DNA of 64,000 bases from the NCBI GenBank assembly GCA_965204745.1, contig OZ242010.1, positions 2,272,001 through 2,336,000 on the forward strand, read 5' to 3'. Below the pieces are notes generated by a model, which ran no database searches, was not told where the DNA came from, and saw nothing but the letters and a program-made list of their open reading frames with translations. The position numbers and the translations under genes were made by a program. Source of the DNA: Candidatus Latescibacterota bacterium (lineage in GTDB: Bacteria > Latescibacterota > UBA2968). Position 1 is the first letter of the stretch; each line of letters starts with the position of its first letter. This document shows, in pieces, positions 27,966-38,453 of the stretch.

Positions 27966-30900
27966 CCACCTCACGCACATCGCGCGCCTACTCGCGGCAT
28001 TGGGCATTGCGGTCGGCGCGCTCTTGCTCGCGGGCCCGGACCGCGTGAACATCTACTTGAGCGCGTTGTTGGGCTTGGAAGCCCCGACCGAGGTGCCGCC
28101 CGAGCCGGTTCCGCGCGCCGAAGAGGTCAGCGCGAGGGTTTTCGACGCGGTGCGAGAAAGCCGCATCCGCGAGTTGATGCATGAGTTTGCGCGCCACGAC
28201 TCGCGCGTGGTGGGCTATCCGGGCCATGAAAAAGCCGCGGATTTCATCGCGTCCGAGTTTCGGCGGTTGGGCATGGAAGACGTGGAAGCCGAGACCTACG
28301 GCGTTGCCGTGCCCATGGACCACGGGGGCACGTTGACCGTGGAAGGCACCGGCGAATCCTTTCCCATCCACGGGTTGTGGCCGAATTTGATCAAGACCAC
28401 CACCTTGCCCGCAGACGGGGTGCGCGGGCCCCTCTTGTGGGGCGGTTCTGGCGAGGTGTCGGCCTTCAACGGGCATGTAGTCGAAGGCGCGGTGGTGTTG
28501 ATGGACTTTAATTCCTGGAACAACTGGCTCAACGCCGCCATGCTCGGCGCGCAACAAGTCGTGTTTATCGAACCGGACTCCACCTTCACCGCAGAGGCCG
28601 AGACCAAGTTCTTGCAAGTGCCCAACAGCGTCGAGCGGTTTTGGATCGACAAGGCGAGTGGGGAAAAACTCAGGGCATTGACCGCGCAAAAAGACGCGGT
28701 CTATGTCACCCTCGAGGCGCGCATGGATTGGGAAAAGCCCGAGACCCGCAACATCCTGGGCTGGATTCGCGGCACGGACCCGGCGTTGCGCGACAAAATC
28801 GTGGTGATCAACGCCTATTACGACGCGATGTCCGTCGTGCCCGCACGGGCGCCTGGCGCGGAAATGGCGAGTGGCATCGTGGGCCTGATGCAGTTGGCCG
28901 AATACTTCAGCAGGTACCCGCCCAAACACACGCTTTTGTTTTTGGCGTCTTCGGGCCACCACCTCGGCTTTCGGGGAATCTGCGATTTTTTGAGCCGGCA
29001 CTCGCGCAAGGAAAAACATTTTGCCGCGTTGATGACCGAACCCCTCGACCTCCCGCTGTTGATCTCGCTGGATTTGACGAGCCAGACCGACGAAGTGGGG
29101 GTTTGGAACAGCACGCGCAACTATTATTACAAGCGGTTCTTCACGCCCTTTGGCAAGTCCTTCGTGCATTACTCAAAGGCCATCGCCGAGCATTTCGACC
29201 TCGACCCCGCAGACGCGCTCATCGACGGGATCAACCCCAAGGGCGGCATGAACTGGGACATGTACATTCCCGGAAAAATCCTCAAAACCGATGGCGAAGT
29301 CGTGCTCGAAGCGGGCACCCCCGCGCTGTCGCTCATCACGGTCAACGACGCGCGCTTCCGGGTGGATACGCCCTTGGACAAAGCCGAGTACGTGAATTTC
29401 AAAAACCTCACCGGGCAGATTCGCACCCTCGCAGGCGTGCTCGATTTGGGCCTCAATTCCGACGATTTTCTGCCGGATTACAAGTTGGATCCCGACGACC
29501 GCATGCGCGGCCTCAAGGGCTTTGTCCGCACGTTTCCCCGGCGGAGCATCACGCCGGATCGCCCCCGGCCAGGCGCGGTCGCCTCGCTGCGAATGGGCAT
29601 CGACAAATCGGTCAAAGGCGTGCGCCGCATCTATTACGACATCGCGGATGAAAACGGCGAGTTTTACATGCCGGGCATCGCCGAGCGTCGCGTGGATGTG
29701 AAGGCGTTTTACATGGATCCGCAAACCGGCGAGATCACGTACGCGCCCAATCGCGGTCGTCAAGCGCGCATCTATCGGGGCGAGTTCGACATGGACTGGT
29801 GGATTTCCAAGCGCACGCAAATTTTATTTCCGTGCATTACCACCGATTTTTACGATACGGTCGACCCGCGCTACCTCACCAAGTTGTCGAGCATCAGCGT
29901 GCTCGGCCTGGGCAATACCGCGCCGCAGGAATACGGCTATGCCATCGGCTTTGGCCCGGAAGAACCGGTCGGCACGATTTTCACCACCCCGGGCGAGCGG
30001 GTCAAAATCGTGATGCGCGAGCGCGAGATCGGGGTGCGCTATTTGTTGCTCAACGCGAAAAGCGCGGAGAGCGTGGAAGTCGCGCGCGGCGATGGCTTCC
30101 AAATCCTCACGCACGGGTCCTTTACGCGCTCCTCGTTCCAAGCGGCAAAAGACATGTGGACGTTGAACGAGGCGCGCATGCGCGAATTGAAAAAGTACTC
30201 TATCGAAAACCAGCGCATGACCCAGTTGCACGCGCAGGCCAAAGAGCATCTCGACCTGGCCGAAGCGGCGTTGCACACCCAGCAATGGGATACATTTATC
30301 AAACACACGCGCGCGGGCATGGGCCTGGAGTCGAAAGCCTATCCGGACGTGAAATCGACTCAGAACGACGTGATCCGCGGCGTGATTTTCTTCATGTTGC
30401 TGGTGGTCCCGTGTGCGTTTTTCGTCGAGCGATTGGTCTTCACGTTTTCCGATATCCGCATGCAAATCGCCGGCTTTGGCGCGGCATTTGTGGTGATCTG
30501 GATTTTTCTGTCGCAAGTGCATCCCGCGTTTGACCTGTCCAACCCCTTTGTGATTTTGCTGGCCTTTGTGATTTTGGCCTTGGCGATTTTCGTCATTTCT
30601 ATCGTGTCGAGCAGGTTTAGCGACAATATCCGCCAGTTACGCGCCGAAGAGGTCTTGCTCCACGACACGGATGTGGGGCGAATCAGCGCGTCTGTGGCCG
30701 CGTTTCAGTTGGGCATTGCCAACCTCAAAAAGCGCAAAATGCGTACCGGCCTCACGTTCGTCACGCTGGTCTTGCTGACCTTTACCGTATTGTCCTTCAT
30801 GTCCATCAAAACCACGCTGAACTTTTCGCAACTCCCGCTGGACGTGGAAGGCAAGTACCCGGGCCTATTGATCCGCAGCCAGTTCTGGGGGCCGCTAGAA

Positions 30901-32463
30901 GACGCGGCCTACGACTACGCCAAGATCAACTTTTTCGACCGAGGCGAAATCGCGCCGCGCAGTTGGTACATCACCCACGACAAGAAAAAGACGCCGATAG
31001 AAACCCCGGACAAATCGACCAAAGTGCTGGGCATTTTGGGCTTGGCGGCCAACGAACCCGCGGTCACGAAAATCGACACCTTGCTCAGCCATGGGCGTTG
31101 GTTTGAGCAGGGCGAATCCGCGTGCATCTTGCCCGGCAAAATGGCCGACCTGCTCGACGTGGCGCCCGAAGATGTGGGGGAAAAACACGTCCGCTTGTTC
31201 GGCAAACAACTAAAAGTGGTGGGCCTCATCGACGCGGAAAAAATGCGCCAGCACCTCGACTTGGATGGCGAAATGCTCAGCCCTGCGGATTTCAAACTCA
31301 CGGATGAGGAAATCGTCGCCCGAATCACGCAACAAGAGACCCGGGAAAAACAGGGCTTGGAACAACCCCAACTCGAGAACATGTCCTTTGAACACCTCGA
31401 TCCCGACGACATCGCCATCACCCCCTACAAGATGTTGCGCGAAGTGGGCAGCCCCTTGCAATCCGTGGCGATTCGCCTCCGCGATGAGGGGGAGGTCGAA
31501 GCGCAGATCAAGGAATACGTGTCGCGCTTGTCCGTGGTGTTATACGCGGGCATTCCGCAGGCCGATGGCAGCATCCGCGTGGCGATTTACAGTTCCCTCG
31601 GTTGGGGCCCCTTGCCCGGCTTGGCGAATTTGTTCGTCCCCATTTTGGTCGCCGCGCTGATCGTACTCAACACGATGATGGGGTCCGTGTACGAGCGATT
31701 TCGGGAAATCGGGATTTATTCTTCGGTGGGCCTGGCGCCGGTTCACATCGCGTTTTTGTTCATCGCCGAGGCGTGCGTGTACGCGGTTTTGGGCACGGTG
31801 GCCGGGTATCTCTTGGGCCAAGGCGTCGCCAAATTCTTGCTGTGGCAAGGGTTATTGCAAGGGCTTTCCATCAATTATTCCGCATTGTCAACTGTGATCT
31901 CGTCCGCGCTGGTGATGCTGGTGGTGTTGCTGTCTTCCCTCTATCCGGCGCGGCAGGCATCTCTTATGGCCGTGCCGGACGTGACGCGCCGCTGGAAATT
32001 GCCCGACCCGGATGGCAACCGCTGGCATTTTGAGTTTCCATTCACGGTCGGCGGCAAGGACGTATTCGGCCTGTCCGTGTTTTTGGTCGATTATTTCGAG
32101 TCGCACATGGGCGAATCCATGGGCGCGTTCTACACGGATGGCGCGCGCTTTGGCGCTATCGAAACCCCGACCGGGCCGGGCTATACCATCGACACCGCGA
32201 TCTGGTTGGCCCCTTACGATTTGGGCGTGCGCCAGCAAGTGCATTTTGAAGCCGTCTCCACGGGCGAGCACGACATTTACGCCATGACCCTGACCATAGA
32301 CCGGCTTTCTGGGGACGCGGCTTCCTGGCGGCGGAGCAATCAGGGCTTTATGAACGCGCTCCGCAAACAATTCTTGATCTGGCGCACGGTCGATCCCACC
32401 TATCGCGTCAAGTACACGCAAAAGGGCAGGGAACTGCTCGCGGCCCAACCCGTCACCGCATAG
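27958..32463 (+). CDS. M28-peptidase-like domain fused to FtsX/MacB-like permease domains
   Basis: SRVVGYPG, NILGWIRG, AYYD...PGA; central TM bundle; NLKKRKMRTGLT; ERFREIGIYSSVGL..HI..LF..E; YPARQAS. Confidence 0.8.
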   Translation: MDNHLTHIARLLAALGIAVGALLLAGPDRVNIYLSALLGLEAPTEVPPEPVPRAEEVSARVFDAVRESRIRELMHEFARHDSRVVGYPGHEKAADFIASEFRRLGMEDVEAETYGVAVPMDHGGTLTVEGTGESFPIHGLWPNLIKTTTLPADGVRGPLLWGGSGEVSAFNGHVVEGAVVLMDFNSWNNWLNAAMLGAQQVVFIEPDSTFTAEAETKFLQVPNSVERFWIDKASGEKLRALTAQKDAVYVTLEARMDWEKPETRNILGWIRGTDPALRDKIVVINAYYDAMSVVPARAPGAEMASGIVGLMQLAEYFSRYPPKHTLLFLASSGHHLGFRGICDFLSRHSRKEKHFAALMTEPLDLPLLISLDLTSQTDEVGVWNSTRNYYYKRFFTPFGKSFVHYSKAIAEHFDLDPADALIDGINPKGGMNWDMYIPGKILKTDGEVVLEAGTPALSLITVNDARFRVDTPLDKAEYVNFKNLTGQIRTLAGVLDLGLNSDDFLPDYKLDPDDRMRGLKGFVRTFPRRSITPDRPRPGAVASLRMGIDKSVKGVRRIYYDIADENGEFYMPGIAERRVDVKAFYMDPQTGEITYAPNRGRQARIYRGEFDMDWWISKRTQILFPCITTDFYDTVDPRYLTKLSSISVLGLGNTAPQEYGYAIGFGPEEPVGTIFTTPGERVKIVMREREIGVRYLLLNAKSAESVEVARGDGFQILTHGSFTRSSFQAAKDMWTLNEARMRELKKYSIENQRMTQLHAQAKEHLDLAEAALHTQQWDTFIKHTRAGMGLESKAYPDVKSTQNDVIRGVIFFMLLVVPCAFFVERLVFTFSDIRMQIAGFGAAFVVIWIFLSQVHPAFDLSNPFVILLAFVILALAIFVISIVSSRFSDNIRQLRAEEVLLHDTDVGRISASVAAFQLGIANLKKRKMRTGLTFVTLVLLTFTVLSFMSIKTTLNFSQLPLDVEGKYPGLLIRSQFWGPLEDAAYDYAKINFFDRGEIAPRSWYITHDKKKTPIETPDKSTKVLGILGLAANEPAVTKIDTLLSHGRWFEQGESACILPGKMADLLDVAPEDVGEKHVRLFGKQLKVVGLIDAEKMRQHLDLDGEMLSPADFKLTDEEIVARITQQETREKQGLEQPQLENMSFEHLDPDDIAITPYKMLREVGSPLQSVAIRLRDEGEVEAQIKEYVSRLSVVLYAGIPQADGSIRVAIYSSLGWGPLPGLANLFVPILVAALIVLNTMMGSVYERFREIGIYSSVGLAPVHIAFLFIAEACVYAVLGTVAGYLLGQGVAKFLLWQGLLQGLSINYSALSTVISSALVMLVVLLSSLYPARQASLMAVPDVTRRWKLPDPDGNRWHFEFPFTVGGKDVFGLSVFLVDYFESHMGESMGAFYTDGARFGAIETPTGPGYTIDTAIWLAPYDLGVRQQVHFEAVSTGEHDIYAMTLTIDRLSGDAASWRRSNQGFMNALRKQFLIWRTVDPTYRVKYTQKGRELLAAQPVTA

Positions 32464-32471
32464 GAAAATCA

Positions 32472-34913
32472 ATGGCCTTAAGCAACCTGTTGAGACGCAA
32501 CAAAGATCCGGAAAAGAAAAACACCCAGTTTGAGGAAATCGAGGAGTACCGCGATCTGCTCGACGACCCGGATGAATTTGTCGATGGCTTCAACATGAAG
32601 ACCATCGTGGGCGCGTTGTTCGTGTCGATAGTGATGGTGCCGGGCAACATCTACCTCGACCTGATGATCGGCGGGTCTATCGGCGCGGCAGCGCAATGGG
32701 TGACGATCATCTTGTTCATCGAATTGGCAAAGCGGTCGTTCACCACCCTCAAGCGGCAAGAAGTCTATTTGCTGTTCTACGTGACGAGTTCGCTGGTCAA
32801 CCGGGAGTCCAATGCGTTTGAAGGTCTGTTGTGGCACCAGTACTTCGTGCAATCGCCCGCAGCCGTGCAATTCGGCATCCAAAAGGCATTGGGCGAACTG
32901 TGGTGGTGGGCGCCGCCGGCCGATTCAGAGGCCCTGGTCGAGCGCACGTTTTTACACGCCGATTGGTTTTGGCCCATTGCGTTTTTGGTCTTGGGTACGA
33001 TCATGGGGCGAACCGCGTGGTTTTCCGCGAGCTACGTGTTGTTCCGCATCACCTCCGACTACGAAAAGTTGCCCTTTCCCTTTGCCCCGATCAACGCGCA
33101 CGGGGCCATGGCCCTGGCCGAGGAGAGCAGCGGGGATATCACGTGGCGCTGGCGCATGTTTTCTATCGGCGCGGTCATCGGCGTGGTTTGGGGGATGGTC
33201 TATGTCGCCGTGCCCGCGATTTCGGGCGCGTTCATGGAACAACCCGTGCAACTCATCCCCATTCCCTGGGTGGATTTCACGCAGTACACGGGCTACTTTT
33301 TGCCGGCCACGCCATTGGGCTTTACCCTGCACTTGGGGCCTATTTTCACCGGCTTTCTCGCGCCGTTTTGGGCCGTGATCGGCACGTTTATCGGCGTGGT
33401 CATCCACACCGTCTTAAGCCCCATTTTGTACAACTACGGCTATATGCCCCACTGGTTTATGGGCATGGACACCATCCAGACGCACTTCGTGACCGGCATC
33501 GATTTTTGGATGAGCTTTGGCATTGGCATCACGTTTGCCATAACGGTCATCGGGTTCTATCAGGTGTGGCGGGGCGTGCGAACCGCGCGCATCGAAAAGA
33601 CCGAAAAGGGATCGTGGGAGACCCCGCCCGGCCGCGGCGATTTCAAAATTTGGATCTGCGTGGTGTTGTTCTGTCTGGCGAGTTTGTACACCATCGTGGT
33701 GTCCAAAATTCTGTTCCCGCAGTTGGTCACCGTCACCCTGCTGATCTTTTTCTTCGTGTTTTCCTTTGTGTACACGCCCCTCATTTCCTTTGTCAATGCC
33801 CGCTTGGACGGCATGGTGGGGCAAAACGTGAGCATCCCCTACATCAAAGAAGCCACCATTTTCCTCAGTGGCTTTCGGGGCATTCAGATTTGGTTTGTCG
33901 ATTTTGGCTTGGACAACTACGGCGCGGCAGCGCAACGCTTCAGGGAGATCGAGTTGACCGGCACTAGCTTTCGCAGCATTTTGCGGGCCGAGGTTTTTAT
34001 GGTGCCCTTGGTGTTCCTCACCAGTTTTATGTACTGGTCCTACATCTGGAAACTCGCGCCCATTCCCTCTGACGCGTACCCCTACGTGCAACTGTTCTGG
34101 CCCTTGCGCGCCCTTCAGCGATGCGTGTGGATCACGAGCACCATGCGCGGGGAAGTGACTTACGGTCGGGAAAACACCGTGACGTGGACCCCGGCAAACT
34201 TGTCGAACAATGCGTGGTGGTACTGGCGCGTGCGCGCAACAGCGGACGATCCAGAAACCGTGCCCCCCGAACAGCGCAAGTACGGCCCGTGGTCAAAGAC
34301 CGCCTATTTCTACACCAATTTTGAAGACACGCAACCCCCGCCATATCCGGCCACCGTCTTGAGCCGCGCCCCGCCCGATATTTCCGACGCCCTGGCGCAA
34401 GGACTGCCTTCGGCCCCGGAAATCCGCAGCGCGGACACTGGCGCGCACATGAACACGCCCAACCCGGAAATGGGCATTTCCCAAGCCGTCGATCCCCAAG
34501 GGCGGGACTTGTTCTACCAATTCGAGGTCGATCAAGTGCCCTCTTTTGATGGCGCGTTCTTGCAGTCCTCAGACGATAAGCCCATTTTGTTCGAGGCCCT
34601 CAAGCCCTGGGTGATCGGCTCTGGCTTTGCCGTTGGGATCGTGTTTTTCTGCGTTCTGTCCGTGTTCGGGTTGCCCATCTTGCTCATCTTTGGCTACGTG
34701 CAGAGTTTGACCAATATCCCGCATGTGGTGATCACGCAGATCATCGGCGCGCTGATCGCCCGGTTCTACTTTTGGAAGCGGTTCGGCAAGAAGCAATGGC
34801 GCCTGTACGCGACCGTGCTGGCCGTGGGCTTTTCCGTGGGCATGGCCCTCGTGGGCATGGCGTCTGTGTCTATCGCGATGATCCAAAAGTCCGTATCGGT
34901 CTTGTTGTTCTGA
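32472..34913 (+). CDS. OPT-family-like peptide transporter with an extracytoplasmic Fn3-like insertion
   Basis: EKLPFPFAP, IPIPWVDFT, IPSDAYPY, many TM helices; soluble insert at about 34150-34580. Confidence 0.75.
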   Translation: MALSNLLRRNKDPEKKNTQFEEIEEYRDLLDDPDEFVDGFNMKTIVGALFVSIVMVPGNIYLDLMIGGSIGAAAQWVTIILFIELAKRSFTTLKRQEVYLLFYVTSSLVNRESNAFEGLLWHQYFVQSPAAVQFGIQKALGELWWWAPPADSEALVERTFLHADWFWPIAFLVLGTIMGRTAWFSASYVLFRITSDYEKLPFPFAPINAHGAMALAEESSGDITWRWRMFSIGAVIGVVWGMVYVAVPAISGAFMEQPVQLIPIPWVDFTQYTGYFLPATPLGFTLHLGPIFTGFLAPFWAVIGTFIGVVIHTVLSPILYNYGYMPHWFMGMDTIQTHFVTGIDFWMSFGIGITFAITVIGFYQVWRGVRTARIEKTEKGSWETPPGRGDFKIWICVVLFCLASLYTIVVSKILFPQLVTVTLLIFFFVFSFVYTPLISFVNARLDGMVGQNVSIPYIKEATIFLSGFRGIQIWFVDFGLDNYGAAAQRFREIELTGTSFRSILRAEVFMVPLVFLTSFMYWSYIWKLAPIPSDAYPYVQLFWPLRALQRCVWITSTMRGEVTYGRENTVTWTPANLSNNAWWYWRVRATADDPETVPPEQRKYGPWSKTAYFYTNFEDTQPPPYPATVLSRAPPDISDALAQGLPSAPEIRSADTGAHMNTPNPEMGISQAVDPQGRDLFYQFEVDQVPSFDGAFLQSSDDKPILFEALKPWVIGSGFAVGIVFFCVLSVFGLPILLIFGYVQSLTNIPHVVITQIIGALIARFYFWKRFGKKQWRLYATVLAVGFSVGMALVGMASVSIAMIQKSVSVLLF

Positions 34914-34990
34914 CCCGCGAAAGTCGGTATTCATGACGAAATTCCGTTGGTGATCGTTTGCGCCAACGGAATTTTTTTAGAGAGAAAATC

Positions 34991-35989
34991 ATGGCTGACG
35001 AACGTTTTTTGGTCACGGGCGCGTTGGGGTGTATCGGCGCGTGGACCGTGCGGAATCTCATCCGCGAAGCCGTGCCGGTCACGGTCTTTGATCTGGCGAC
35101 AGAGCCGCGCCGATTGCAACTGCTGCTGTCGGATGCCGAACTCGCGCAGGTGAATTTTGTCGCGGGCGACATTGCGGATTTGCGCGCTTTTGAACGGGCA
35201 TTGGACGAGAACGCGATCACGCACGTCATTCATCTGGCCGGATTGCAAGTCCCGTTTTGCCAAGCGGACCCGCCCCTGGGCGCGCGCGTCAATGTGGTGG
35301 GGACGGTCAATGTGTTTGAAGCGGTGAAGCGCAGGAAAGACCGCATGGACAAAGTGGTCTATGCCAGTTCGGTCGCCGTGTTTGGCGCGCCCGAAGATTA
35401 CGCCCCCGGCGAGGTCATGCGCGATGATTCCGCGCTGATGCCCCACACGCATTACGGCGTGTACAAGCAGGCCAATGAGGGCACTGCCCACGTATATTGG
35501 CTGGACGCGGGCATCTCCTCTATCGGCTTTCGGCCCTACGTGGTCTATGGCGTGGGCCGCGATCAGGGCATGACCTCCACGCCCACGACCGCGATGCTGG
35601 CCGCAGCCGCCAACCTGCCCTATCGCATTTCCTACGGCGGGCGCACCGTGGTTCAATACGCAGACGACACAGCGCGCGCGTTCATTCAGGCAGCGCGGGC
35701 AAATTACGCGGGCGCGGGCGCGTTTAACTTGGGCGGATTCACGCCGACGATGCAACAGGTGAAAGACGCGATTGACCGCGCGGCCCCGGAAGCAGCGGAT
35801 AAGATCGCGTTTGAAGACCTCCAGTTGCCCTTTCCGCAAGCGGTCGATGGCAGTGGCTTAGAGGCCGCGATTGGCGCGCTGCATCACACGCCCCTAACCC
35901 GAGGCGTGGTCGAGACCGTGGCCCTGTTCCGCGAATTGATCGACGCGGGTAAAATCGATCCCAAAACCTATATCGCAACGCGGTCGTGA
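34991..35989 (+). CDS. NAD-dependent epimerase/dehydratase (extended SDR)
   Basis: TGALGCIG, HLAG, YASS, YGVYK. Confidence 0.9.
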   Translation: MADERFLVTGALGCIGAWTVRNLIREAVPVTVFDLATEPRRLQLLLSDAELAQVNFVAGDIADLRAFERALDENAITHVIHLAGLQVPFCQADPPLGARVNVVGTVNVFEAVKRRKDRMDKVVYASSVAVFGAPEDYAPGEVMRDDSALMPHTHYGVYKQANEGTAHVYWLDAGISSIGFRPYVVYGVGRDQGMTSTPTTAMLAAAANLPYRISYGGRTVVQYADDTARAFIQAARANYAGAGAFNLGGFTPTMQQVKDAIDRAAPEAADKIAFEDLQLPFPQAVDGSGLEAAIGALHHTPLTRGVVETVALFRELIDAGKIDPKTYIATRS

Positions 35990-36020
35990 GAAATTTTAAC
36001 CTACCCTCAAAGGAGCAGAT

Positions 36021-37154
36021 ATGTCCAACCCATGCGATGTGCTGATAACAAATGGCCGGGTGATCGACCCGGCAAATGGCGTGGATGCCGTTCGAGATGT
36101 CGCGCTGAACGAGGGCAAAGTGTCCGCCGTGGGGCACAATTTGGGCGAGGCCGATGCGGTGATCGACGCAACCGGGTGTCTCGTGGTGCCTGGCCTGATC
36201 GACTTGCACACCCATGTGTACAAGGATGTGTCGATCTTCGGCATTGAGGCCGACGCGTTGTGCCCGCGTACCGGCGTGACCACGAGTGTGGATACGGGCA
36301 CCGCCGGGTGGATCAATTACCGCGGGTTGGAACGCTACGTGATCGAACCGTCCGAAACGCGCATTTTGGCCTATGTCAATCTTTCCGGCGTCGGCTTGCC
36401 CTGGCGGAGCGGGGAAATGGTGTACGAAGGCTATGTGTCCGCCAGCGAATGCGCCCGCGCGGTTTTGAACCATCCGCAATCCGCCTTGGGCGTCAAGGTG
36501 CGTCTGTACAGAGGCGTGGGCGGAGACGCGGATTTGCGCGATCTGTTGCAAATCGCACTCGAAGCGGCCCATCGCTGTGAAAGACCCCTGATGGTCCACG
36601 TCAGCAATGCGGACGTGCCCCTGCGCGATTTGATCCGACACCTGCGCCCGGGGGATATCGTCACGCATTGTTTTCACGGCACGCAACCTGCGTCCATCAT
36701 CGACAGCCGGGGCAAGGTGATTGCCGAGGCGTGGGAGGCGCGTGACCGCGGTGTGATTTTTGACATTGGGCACGGCTTGGGCAGTTTTAGTTACGACGTG
36801 GGCCGCGCAGCAATGGAAGACGGCTTTCCGCCCGATACCATCAGCAGCGATATTCACTCCTACAATATCGACGGCCCGGTTTACGATTTGCCCACGACGA
36901 TGTCCAAGTTTTTGAATTTGGGCATGCCCCTCGACGAGGTGATCCGCCGTTCCACCCTAGAACCGGCGCAGGTGATCGCCCGAGGCGATGATCTCGGGCA
37001 TATAGGCGTTGGCGCGGCAGGCGATGTCGCGGTGTTCGCATTGGAAACCGGCGCGTTTGAACTGACCGATTCCATGCAACAGGTGTTGATGGGCGAGCAA
37101 CGCTTGGTGTGCCGCGCGTCTGTTCGAGCGGGAAAAATCTGGTGGCAAGCGTGA
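36021..37154 (+). CDS. Amidohydrolase (dihydroorotase-like deacetylase/metallohydrolase)
   Basis: PGLIDLHTH, GVKVR, MVH, THCF, DIGHG, ISSDIH. Confidence 0.9.
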   Translation: MSNPCDVLITNGRVIDPANGVDAVRDVALNEGKVSAVGHNLGEADAVIDATGCLVVPGLIDLHTHVYKDVSIFGIEADALCPRTGVTTSVDTGTAGWINYRGLERYVIEPSETRILAYVNLSGVGLPWRSGEMVYEGYVSASECARAVLNHPQSALGVKVRLYRGVGGDADLRDLLQIALEAAHRCERPLMVHVSNADVPLRDLIRHLRPGDIVTHCFHGTQPASIIDSRGKVIAEAWEARDRGVIFDIGHGLGSFSYDVGRAAMEDGFPPDTISSDIHSYNIDGPVYDLPTTMSKFLNLGMPLDEVIRRSTLEPAQVIARGDDLGHIGVGAAGDVAVFALETGAFELTDSMQQVLMGEQRLVCRASVRAGKIWWQA

Positions 37155-37179
37155 GTTGAGCGGGGTACAAGGCGAGCTA

Positions 37180-37420
37180 CCCTTTGTGCCTTTTGTGCCT
37201 TTTGTGGCTCTTTGTGGCTCTTTGTACAACTGGCGACAGGCCGTTCAAAGGCGAGCGTGTAGGGGCGTGGCCAGAGGTGAGACGCAAGAGGCAAGAGGCA
37301 AGAGGCAAGAGGTGAGTACAACTGGAGCGTGTAGGGGCGTGACCAGAGGTGAGACGCAAGAGGCAAGAGGCAAGAGGCAAGAGGTGAGTACAACTAGCGA
37401 GCGTGTAGGGGCGTGGCCCC
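37180..37420. repeat. Composite repeat: 9/10-mer TTTGTGCCT/TTTGTGGCTC run plus two ~72-bp units containing (GCAAGAG)n
   Basis: GAGCGTGTAGGGGCGTG occurs three times; heptamer runs lie between the copies. Confidence 0.85.
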
Positions 37421-37456
37421 CGTGCCCGCTTGAAGGCAAGATGGAGGGATTGATCG

Positions 37457-38197
37457 ATGACACCGACTCAAGTCGCGCAGTACGAGCGCGATGGTTTTCT
37501 CATGGTCCGCGATTTGTTGACCGCTGATGAGATCGCCGCGTTTCTCGCCGCAGAACGCGAACCCAAACCCCAAGCGTGGCGCGAATTGGGACTCAGGCGG
37601 CATACCGCCGATCCGCACTGGCGATATCTGGCGATGCACCCCAAAATTTCGCGTGTGGTCGCGCAACTGCTCAACGGGCACCCGCGCATCGTGCAGACGA
37701 TGTTCATGAACAAACAGCCCGACGGCGGCACGGGCGTGGCCCTGCATCAGGACGTGCATTATATTCGGAACGAACCCGAGACCCTGATGGCGTGTTGGCT
37801 GGCATTGAGCGATACGGACCGCGACAACGGGGGCCTGTGCGTGGTGCCGCGCAGCCACAAGCGACCCGTGTACAAAACCGCACCGCCCAAGGATGACCGC
37901 GAACACGCGCGTTGGGAAAAGGTCTATCGCATGCGCGGGGCAGATGGGCAGGCGTGGGATGAACCCATGCATTCGCACGAGGTGCAGGGCTTGGATGTGG
38001 ACGAGGTGGTGTATTTGCGCGTGCCAAAGGGCGGCGGGGTGTTTTTCACGAGCCGCACGATCCACGGCTCGTTTGCCAATCGGTCAGGGGATCGCCCGCG
38101 CCTCGCATTCGCCACGCACTACGTCAAAGACGGCACCTGGGTTTATCGGGCGGATATTCAAGAGACGGTGTCGGTGGGGAAAGGCGAAAGGCAGTAG
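37457..38197 (+). CDS. Phytanoyl-CoA dioxygenase (PhyH) family Fe/2OG enzyme
   Basis: YERDGF, LHQD, VPRSH, HGSFAN..R. Confidence 0.92.
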   Translation: MTPTQVAQYERDGFLMVRDLLTADEIAAFLAAEREPKPQAWRELGLRRHTADPHWRYLAMHPKISRVVAQLLNGHPRIVQTMFMNKQPDGGTGVALHQDVHYIRNEPETLMACWLALSDTDRDNGGLCVVPRSHKRPVYKTAPPKDDREHARWEKVYRMRGADGQAWDEPMHSHEVQGLDVDEVVYLRVPKGGGVFFTSRTIHGSFANRSGDRPRLAFATHYVKDGTWVYRADIQETVSVGKGERQ

Positions 38198-38453
38198 GCA
38201 GTAGTCAGTGGTCAGTCCCCGCACCGCCCTTCCGCAAGTGAGACGTGAGAGGGAAGACGGGAGAGGGCCGCCCATCCGCTCAAGCGGATCGGGTATAGAT
38301 GATGAATCGAATGTCGAAGTAAATGTGTTGCTAAATAAAGACCGTATATTTTCAATTACAGCGATACTTAATATATCCCCTTTCTGAGTTCTCACTCGAT
38401 CTACCGATAGGTGCAACGGTTTTAGTTAACGGTGAAAGCGTAGGGAAAACGCC

